The notes under the pieces: generated by a model | Seen by the model: only the letters and a program-made list of their open reading frames with translations | Databases searched by the model: none | What the model was told of the DNA's origin: nothing | Shown: positions 54,858-64,000 of the stretch, piece by piece | Numbering within the stretch: the stretch's first letter is position 1 | Layout: each line of letters starts with the position of its first letter | Source: Octopus sinensis | Lineage: Eukaryota | Direction: 5' to 3' | DNA: 64,000 nucleotides | NCBI RefSeq assembly: GCF_006345805.1 | Contig: NC_042999.1 | Location: 91,450,001-91,514,000 of the forward strand | Position numbers and translations under genes: made by a program

Positions 54858-55893
54858 TGTTACGGAATCACCCGTCGTCGCTCGCCCGAACGGCAACACA
54901 CAAGTTCCGCCATGGAACCCAAAGAGGCGGAGAGAGGAGATACAGATAGATACTGCTACAACCTCAACAGCACAGAGATACAGAGGCACAACCCGAGATA
55001 CAACCCAAAGAGGCAAGGCAACAACTGGCAACACTGGCTTATATTCAAACAACAGTTTATACGACAATTACAATTGTTACAACATCAAGATACATCAAAG
55101 CATGCACGTGACTACTCAATACATAATACAACAGCATTTCAAGAGTACAACTCAAAGCATAATACAACATCATGTAACAATTCAAGAGTACACGTCCCAA
55201 GACAACAGTTCTTTAAAGTCTCTTCCTAAACATCACAATCAACAAGTCCTTTACTCTTCTTCTTCACAATGTCCTTTATCGACAACATCGACAGAGTCCT
55301 TGACTGTTCTTTTCACTGTTCAATACACCGTGACACATATCAATGCACAAACACATACCTCAATTCCTAACTGAATCTGCCAGTGTCCCATTCCTCTCAA
55401 TACTGCTAATTCCTCTGAATACTGCTAATTCCCTTCTGTGTCGCCAAGCTTTCTCGCATCCAACTTGCTCCTAAGAATTCCAACGCTTGCTCCTTAAATC
55501 CAAGGTCCGTCCGTCTTCTTCGAGGACCGGCCAGCGACTGCAAGATCCGTCTGTGTTCTTCGACGACCGCTCAACGACTGCCAAGACCTCACTTCGTCTC
55601 TGTCCTTCTTCCACTCCCTCATCTCCCTCTGTACCGCTCATACCCTCTCTAACTGCCCTGCTCCCTTCCTGCCTATCTCTATCCTCAATCTGTCCCTTAC
55701 TGCTTATCCTTTCTATTTGCCCTCTGCTCTTACTCTATCGCTATCGCCTACTGTCCCTTACCCTCTCATCTGTTCTTAGATTCCCTTAATCTGTCCTCCT
55801 CTCTCACTGCTCACTGACCCTCTTCTCAGCCGCACGAGGTCACAGGTCATTCGAAAACCCACCAGTCCTCCATTAGACAAAGAACCCGTCACA
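54858..55893. mobile_element. Probable solo LTR (about 1.04 kb)
   Basis: Termini TGTTACGG...CCGTCACA (TG...CA, 7 of 8 inverted match); sharp compositional boundaries; no TSD visible. Confidence 0.5.
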
Positions 55894-55991
55894 TTTCACC
55901 AGACATCATGGTGCCATTATTCCTATGTGGGTCACCAGAAATGCACCTAGCCAACCGTAACAATATGTATACATATATACATATATATAAA

Positions 55992-56335
55992 AAGGGTAAA
56001 GACCCCCTTCGGTCATGAGTGACCATGGGTTTGCACCTAGAGAGTTACCCTCTGAGGCACAAGTCTGGGCAAGGTTGTTTTTATGGAAGACTAGTAGTCG
56101 CCCATGCATACCGGCCTCCCCTCTCCACGCCACCAGTTTTATCCAAGGGAAAGACAAAGGTCGATACAGCTTGGCACCAGTGACGTCGCAACTCATTTCT
56201 ACAGCTGAGTGAACTGGAGCAACGTGAAATAAAGTGCTTTGCTCAAGAACACAACACGCAGCCCGGTCTGGGATTCGAACTCACAACCTCACGATCGTAA
56301 GCTCGACGCTCTAACCACTGAGCCATGCGCCTCCA
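55992..56335 (-). mobile_element. Full-length tRNA-derived SINE
   Basis: A box TGGCTCAGTGG, B box GTTCGAATCC, tRNA-like head with ACG in the anticodon position; flanked by (TA)n. Confidence 0.9.
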
Positions 56336-56408
56336 CATATATATATATATGTATATATATATACATACATATATACATATATATATATATACATATATAT
56401 ATACATAC

Positions 56409-56448
<40 letters not shown>

Positions 56449-56985
56449 TAAGAGAGTGACCACTATATGGTCGACTCTAGCGCTAAAAGTATATCCGCTA
56501 TGGTATTAGCCACTAAAAAATTGTTTCCAAGGAAAGTCAGCACAACATTTAACGTAAACGAGCAGGGCATATGAAAAATAACAAAATATATAGATTAACT
56601 CTGGACAATTGTTTCGCTATTAATGTATATGCAATTTTACTTACACAACATCTATAGGTCATCAGCAGAATTTGTCTACAATACAATTTATTAAACCGCT
56701 CGCCGAATTTTAACACTACGTTAAACACATGTGTGGTTTAATCGATTATATTCGAAGTTATGATTCAAACTCTCTCGCTAAAAGCGCGCTAAAGACTTCC
56801 GGAAAAAAAAATTGCATAAAAGATTTACTGCAGTATAGTTAAAATAAAAAAATAAGGGTGGAAAGTTGGATATTAATTTAATAATACCATCAATTTAACA
56901 CCAAGTGGCTTAGCGCATAAAAAACCAATGTTTGATATATATATATATGTATATATACATACATACATACATACATATATATATA

Positions 56986-57090
<105 letters not shown>

Positions 57091-57106
57091 GTACATATCT
57101 ATATAT

Positions 57107-57236
57107 CTGACGAAGAGCTCGGCTCGAAACGTTAGGTCCTCCTTCTTTCTTTCGGTTCCTGAGCATCCAATAACACTATACTTGTTCCACGTCCTCGCGT
57201 TGTAGTGTTTTCTCTTTGTTCATGTTTGGATTAACT
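57107..57236 (+). mobile_element. Solo Penelope-type pLTR fragment starting exactly at a hammerhead core (57107-57137)
   Basis: CUGACGA-A-GAGC-UCG-GCUC-GAAACGUU/AGGU; ends in TTGGATTAAC; (TA)n on both sides. Confidence 0.78.
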
Positions 57237-57254
57237 ATATATATATGTATATAT

Positions 57255-57358
<104 letters not shown>

Positions 57359-58889
57359 TATGTATATGCATGTTGTGTGAATATATGTAGATAGATAGAT
57401 AGATAGATGTATACATACATACATACGTAAATGTTTACATAAACGTATGTGTTATTTTGTGAGCGTGTGTATGCACACTGCGTCTCTGCCAATTACTGGC
57501 AATAGGTTTTAAAGTGCAAAAATGGACAATTTCGATTGTGATATCAAATGAGATTTGGGAGTTACAATTCGCGTATATACTACAGATCGAAGTAAATGTC
57601 AAGTGATAAACGCAGCAGCGACAGAGTTTCTTGAATTGCGATCTAAAACGTAGTGTGAATACAATTAAGTAGACACTTTCCACAAAGTTGAATTCATAGA
57701 ATTCCTTAATTATCTATTGGTTGCGACAATATTCACAGCGACACACAAAAACACACACAGCTATGTATGTATATGACTAGCAAATCAAAGAACCTATGTG
57801 TGCTTATGTAGTTCTGGGAAACATCTGAAAATGCACATACACATATACACACAGACCTGCCTACTTGTATATGTGTGTGTGTGTATGTATGTATGTATGT
57901 ATGTATGTATGTATACGCACACACACTCACACACACGTATATATATGTATACATATACACACACACGTGTGTGAGTTTATATGTGTGTGCGTGTGTGCGT
58001 CTTTGTGTGTATGTGCATATGTATGGATTGATGGATGGCTGGTGGAGTAAAAACGCGTGACCCAGATGAAACCTCTTCAAGACTGTACTCTGAGACACTT
58101 CGTTGAAGAGATTCTATCGTTCATACCGACACCAGTTCTTAACTGAACCAATTAAAAATGTTTACAATATAGGTATGGATATACACGAACGCCCCACCCT
58201 CGCGCACACAGACACATCTGTAGCAGAAAAGCGATTAATTACTTAAGGCAAGATTAACGCCCTCAGACGTACGAAAACACCCCTAAAGTGAAGATGCTCT
58301 CACTTAGCGGGAATAAACCAAATATGGTATACATGCAAACCCAGACGAACCAAATATGGCATTCATGAGGAACAATATTTATTCTATCAAAAAACATGAT
58401 ATTCAAATTTCCGTATTATCTATTCATGAGCTAATTGTAAATTCAAAATGTCGCCAGAAGACCGACAAGGCAAACACACCCTTAATTTAGGTCATTTTTT
58501 TTTACCAAACTATCAAAGATAATATTCTCTAACTTGGAATGCTAACAGATTGGTGGTACAGACTAGATACTGAATTAAAGACATTGATGAAGTTGGCCTA
58601 GATTTTGTTGTGGGGTCGCTCATAGACTTTATGCAGCAGTTCAAACGCTTTTGAGCCCTGAGTAGTAGCATTCAAGTGTCTATGGAAGATGAACAAATAA
58701 AATGCATCTAATCACACTAGAACAGAATCTAGGCAAATATCAACGTAATACACATGCAAATTATCAGCCTGTTACATCAATTGTTCTCGGAGATATCCTG
58801 ACCTAAACATTGCTATTCATAGTCAGAAATGTCACTTTGAGAAAAACGCAAAATACGCTGGAAATGGTAGATTTTACAACAATGCCCAA

Positions 58890-59450
58890 CTATACAAGGA
58901 TAAAATCGCACTTTAGTGAAATATTTACAGCTTTGCACAGTCTAATAAGGCCCAGAGGCATATCCATTTTGATGAGGGCGCATGTCTTGCTTTTATTATG
59001 GATTTCTGTCCAGGAACATATGTTTTTTTTTTTCAGTCTCTGCTCATCAAATTGCCTCAGTCCCTCTCTGTGATGATGACTATAGCTGAGACCTAAATTT
59101 TCAAACACAGGTATCCTTGCAATTTCTTCTTGATTGGAAACTATAATGGCATCATTGAGAGTTAACTCCAGGCACAATTACCCGAAAAATGTTGATTTAG
59201 GATACCGTTCCCAAACTAAGTTGTGGAATAATTCATTGTTATTTTGTGATCCTCCGTGCAGGCACTTATTCAAGAGTTTGTCTTCAGATAAGGCTACAAA
59301 TACAGGTTTCATTTTATTCAGCACAAATTTTGGCAAGGAGTTTTTGTTTGGATCGCGTTTGTAGTCTAGCGTTTTCGCTGGACACCAGTCACTACAGTCA
59401 CTATGGTCCTTGGACCTATGCTTGAAAATTGCCCATATGGCTCTCTTCAT
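58890..59450 (-). pseudogene. DNA transposase remnant, Kolobok/Mutator-like C-terminal region
   Basis: MKRAIWA..H...WCP...LP..V...KPVF..LS...LL.KCLHGGSQNNNELFH..VW...PK. Confidence 0.65.
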
Positions 59451-59669
59451 GGAGGCCTTGTCATTAGAGTGGTTCCTGATGGCAGTTCCATAATGACCCT
59501 ATATGGACAGGATGGCTACCTGTGTGAGCCTACCCGCACCTCTAATACCAGTATATTTATATCATATTCAGAATGACATTTATTCTATCATCGTATCAGC
59601 AATCAAATAAGAAATAACTCAAAAGAGTCTTGTTCTTTAACATTCACTCTGGATGAAACAAGGAAATTC

Positions 59670-59786
<117 letters not shown>

Positions 59787-59851
59787 ACTATTTATTTATC
59801 TATCTATCTAATATATATATATATTTACATATAATAATATAAAATGAGATA

Positions 59852-60701
59852 CAGGTATGCAGGTGTCAGTCCATTATGCCCGTTTCTAACGACTCCGTTA
59901 ATTGATTAATTAAACCATTACATCATTGTAAAGAAACTGTTTTCGTCAGATGAATTTATGAACTTCAAAATTAGAGACATCCAAAATGATTTAACATAGT
60001 TTAAAATTCACGGAGCAAAATATTTTCAGTGATTCTGCTACTATTTCAGTTGACAGAATGGATTTACCAGAGTGGTATATATTTAATCAGGACTGCAACA
60101 TTTAGTGGTTAGTAACCTTTGTACCACTATCTTTCAAAGTCTCCCTCTATCGATATTATGGTAATTAGTAACGTTTGGGTCAGCTTTCTTTCTTTTTTTT
60201 CCTTATCCTCCCTTCCCTATCCCTCACTTTCTTATTACTGTCCTCTGCCTTGTGGAAATAAAGCTTGTGAATTGGTTCCGTCACAGACGGCCTTGATAAT
60301 TTAGTCGGTTGACCTCACCACAAATCATTTTCTTTCCATTGACCTGTAGGCAATAAACAATTCCTTAATAGATAAACCCAAGACTAATGGAGCCGCGCCC
60401 TCCTCTTTTGTTAGAAGTAGAGATAATTAGGTCACTAGAGTTATTATTTCTTCCCCCTCCTAAAAACTCAGTTCTGATTAAATTTACACTATTCTGGTAA
60501 ATCCATTCTGTCAACTAAGATAGTAGCAGAACCACTGAAAATGTTTTGCTCTGTGGATTTTAAACTGTTAAATCATTTCGATTGTCCTTAATTTTGGAGT
60601 CCATGAATTCATCTGACGATAACGGTTTCTTTTGTGATTATATAATGCTTTCATTAATCAACTGGAGGAGTTTACAAACGGTCTTGATGGATTGACAGCT
60701 G
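59852..60701. mobile_element. MITE with about 240-bp imperfect TIRs and TA flanks
   Basis: 59860-60092 is the inverse of 60470-60701 (about 80% by eye); ends TA|CAG...CAGCTG|TA. Confidence 0.8.
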
Positions 60702-60940
60702 TATCTCTTCTGTTACTCATTTAGGATCTTTTCAGTTTGAAGGCCAGATTTTCCTAGTTAACTAAACAATTTGAAACTTCGTATACTGGTAGAATGTGTC
60801 AAAAGAAAACATAATTGTAAACCAAAATGAAAACGGAATTGTAATTTCTAAGTTTAACGTTGTTTAATAATTCGAATTTTAACCAATGGTATTCTTTCTT
60901 TCGACCTCATATTATTTACTGCCTCTCAAAATATTGTTAC

Positions 60941-61020
60941 TGTGACGTAAACAGCTATTTTGTGACGTAGTTAACGTAAACATGTAAACAGACCTACAGA
61001 TTCGTTTGTAACGTAAACAT
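60941..61020. promoter_or_regulatory. Homotypic cluster of forkhead-type GTAAACA motifs with TGACGT sites
   Basis: GTAAACA at 60947, 60976, 60984 and 61013; TGACGT at 60943 and 60963. Confidence 0.35.
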
Positions 61021-61439
61021 CCGCTCATCGTAAATTCGCTTGGCATCGTACACAGCTTTTTCAGTTCCCTATAATTATATTTGAAAGAAAATAAAAAGAA
61101 AAAGAATCATACGCATAAATATCCATCCTTAGACATCAGAAAATGAGTGTTTAAATTATTTTCCATTGTTTGCATTGCTTACACACACACACACACACAT
61201 ACATACATACACACATACTAAAATTACATCGTTGGAGCAGTAATTTATTTATGTATTTTTTGTTATACAATTTATTTTAAAGCTGAATCCCTATCCTGCC
61301 ATTAACCCCTTTCTTATAAAATAGTTGAAGAATCTGGAGTGTAGGTATTGGGCCAGTATTGGAACTTTTAACTTCTTGCTCTCTATCTTATGATCTCCGA
61401 AATTTAAGAATCTTGTGTTAGCTGGGCTCTTATTATTTA

Positions 61440-61860
61440 CTCTGACTCTGCCACCACCTCAATGCAAAGACTATCAATATCAGAATCATCTTCATAACCA
61501 CCACTACAACCATTACTACAACCTCCAATGCCACCACCACAACCATCTTCTGCAACCACAACCCCAAGATCAATACCAGCATCATATTCAAAATCACCAA
61601 TTTCACCACCACTACTCTCTGCAATGTCTTCAACACTACCATCCATGAGACATCCTAACATAATCAATGCTACTACTACTATCATCATCATTATCATTAT
61701 CATCCACTGCCGCCGCCACCACCACCACCACCTCTACAAAAACACCAACACTATAATTGCTGCCATCATACACATCCACTGTCACCACTACACCACCACT
61801 GCCATGATAACCACATCTACCACCTCCAACACCATTGCCACCACTATCTATGAGACATCC
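61440..61860. repeat. Degenerate (ACC)/(CAT) triplet low-complexity region with an internal duplication
   Basis: ATGAGACATCCTAA occurs at about 61645 and 61850. Confidence 0.8.
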
Positions 61861-61904
61861 TAAGTTAGATACTACTTTCACTTTCTAGTTGCTCTTTGAG
61901 TTTA

Positions 61905-62299
61905 TCTTTATATATAAAAGAGAGGTTGTGTGTCTGTCTCCTACGATTTAGATTCCTAACTACTCCCACATTTTGCGGTGTAGTTTAACCAAAACCGGGT
62001 ATCTTATAGTCGTGATTCATATCGAGCCCTTCTGGGTATTAGCGCGCGTCTACGATGAGTCTACGATTTAAAAAAAAATTTACCATCATTTTTTTCCATT
62101 TTAATGCATTTTTTCGCTATTATATAAGGGAAGTAACTCTCTAAAAATGTCTACGATGAGTCAACGATTAAAAAAAATTTACCATCATTTTTTTCCATTT
62201 TTAATGCATTTCTTTGCTATTTTTTGGCTATAACTCTCTAAAAATGCTTATATAGTTATTTCCCTTACAAACCCGAGCAACGCCGGGCGATACTGCTAG
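61905..62299 (+). mobile_element. Complete non-autonomous Helitron
   Basis: A|TC 5' end, GC hairpin CCCGAGCAACGCCGGG, CTAG|T 3' end, no TSD; internal duplication of about 100 bp. Confidence 0.88.
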
Positions 62300-62829
62300 T
62301 TATATCTAATCTATCTCTCTAAATGATGCAAAGCAAGTAGCATTAAATGGTGAATGGATGTGAGCAGAAAGAGAGTAAGTTCCATTCCAGTTTACAACAA
62401 TTATAGAATTATTCTCAAACCATAAATGAAGGGTGGAGAGGAGTGAAGGAGGAGTCATGTTTCCTCTGAGAGGTTACAGAAGTAATAAGCACTGAAAAGT
62501 GGAGTTTGCATTATTATTTTTGTTTCATAGTTTACAATTATTTCTACAAATTCATTTTGACTTATCTTCAATCATGTTTATAAACGTGACCGCTGTGCCG
62601 TCCACTATAAACATTGATTAATGTCCTATATTTAAGCGGTAGACAAACACTTCAGCATATTATTTTTTGTAGAGAGTTGCGAGGGATCATTTCTATGAAC
62701 GGGGTATCTGTACAACGGATATGACTACATCATTAATTGTGGAGTCGTTTAAAAACACGATGCAAGATTAAGTCAACATGGAATTTTTGAAACAATCATA
62801 AATTGTTCTATATTTTAGAGATGAGGAAT

Positions 62830-62990
62830 TCTGTACAATATTTACATTTTTTACATTGGACGGATATTTGTCCTCATCTTGTTTGTTGCTACCACAAAAT
62901 TTCGGCTGATTTACTCTCCAGCCTTCATCAGGTGTCCTGGTAGAATTTTGAATCCAGTCCTAGGTTCTAAGGTGAACCGAAACTATGTGG
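62830..62990 (-). mobile_element. Penelope-type terminal fragment with a degenerate hammerhead (62893-62934)
   Basis: Minus strand CAC-CUGAUGA-A-GGCUG-GAGAGUAAAU-CAGCC-GAAAUUUU/GUG; element boundaries approximate. Confidence 0.6.
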
Positions 62991-63159
62991 CTGGTATGGC
63001 CTGTCAGGGAGTCACCATTGCTTTCGCGCCTTTTACGTTCTTAGCAGTGGGAGACGTCTATATTGCTAAGAGTATAAAAAGTGTGAAACCAATGGTAACG
63101 TCCTGACTGGTCGTAAACCACAACTACATTAGATATTACTACGATATATCTAAAAAAAC

Positions 63160-63387
63160 ATTTACTTGTCTCAGTCATTCGACATATTCTATCGGTTAAT
63201 TTCGTCGAACTTCTAAGTTGCGGGGATGGAAAGGAAGTCAACAAGCGGTTGTCTGGGACAAGCACGAAGCTAGCCCCCTCCGCCCACAAACACGTATATA
63301 CGACGGGCTTTTTTCAGTTTCCATCGTCCAAATCTATTTGACCTAGTGACCAGGCAGCAAACTTCTTGTCACACAGTCACTCCTACG

Positions 63388-63453
<66 letters not shown>

Positions 63454-63560
63454 CACGTCCCCGTAGCTTAGCGTTTTGGAAAAAGAAACCGATAGAATAA
63501 GTACTAGGGTTCCAAAGAGTAAGTCCTGGGGTCGATTTCTATAACTAAAAAACCTTCAAA
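63160..63560. mobile_element. Two SINE fragments in opposite orientation around a (TA)n tract
   Basis: 63160-63350 is a minus-strand piece (TACTTGTCTCAGTCATT, GACGGGCTTTTTTCAGTTTCC); 63455-63560 is a plus-strand tail piece (GATAGAATAAGTACT). Confidence 0.65.
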
Positions 63561-63911
63561 CTCTGCTTGATGTTCTTTCACCTGTCTTCGTCGTTTGTTT
63601 TCTTTTGGCCCCACCTGAGTTTTGAAACTGAATGGGTAAATTTCCCCCTAACTATAGAGCCTTATTGTTCTGTTGAGGAACAATGTTGTTTTATTCAACC
63701 GATGGCCTTCCCAACATTTGATTGATGTATTTTCCTCTTGACCCATAACCCTTCTAGTTTGTAAAGGGTTTAAATAAATAATATAAGGGATATTTACCCT
63801 TTCAACGGCAGATCGAGAAATATATTTTTTGTAACTAAACACTTTCAACCTTCGGACACTAACCCTAACCCTAATGTGTCATATAAAACATATTTTACTT
63901 TTAATGTTACT

Positions 63912-64000
63912 CTTGACCGTGGCCATGCTGGAGCATCGCCTTTAATCGAGCAACTCGACCCCGGGACTTATTCTTTTTGTAAGCCCAGTACTTATTCTAT
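63912..64000 (-). mobile_element. SINE 3' tail running off the window
   Basis: GGCCATGCTGGAGC...GGACTTATTCTTTTTGTAAGCCCAGTACTTATTCTAT. Confidence 0.85.

Noticed and set aside
56240-56335. tRNA-Arg-like gene
   Set aside because: The head continues directly into a SINE body and lacks an acceptor-stem 3' strand; it is a SINE head
61415-61881. His/Pro/Thr-rich or Val/Gly-rich ORFs
   Set aside because: Products of triplet low-complexity sequence

Overview
AT-rich, microsatellite-dense metazoan DNA. The SINE families and repeat composition suggest a cephalopod (octopus-like) genome; this is inference. No host protein-coding gene can be confirmed, only weak exon candidates at 31.1 and 33.2-33.7 kb. 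The window is mostly transposable elements and their remnants: a 5'-truncated CR1-clade LINE, a Penelope-like (Neptune-type) RT plus GIY-YIG element, an R4/Dong-type LINE, Tc1, piggyBac, Tigger-like, Kolobok-like and Gypsy remnants, Helitron/Helentron non-autonomous elements, many tRNA-derived SINEs and several hairpin MITEs. The most notable result is nine minimal type I hammerhead ribozyme (HHR) motifs from four unrelated sequence families. Two families are non-coding head-to-tail tandem repeats (359-bp and 555-bp units, one HHR per unit) with the architecture of retrozymes or Penelope pseudo-LTRs, which could release circularisable RNA monomers. The 359-bp family uses the compensatory U3:A8 core. 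All protein and RNA assignments were made by eye from motifs; no database searches or folding programs were run.
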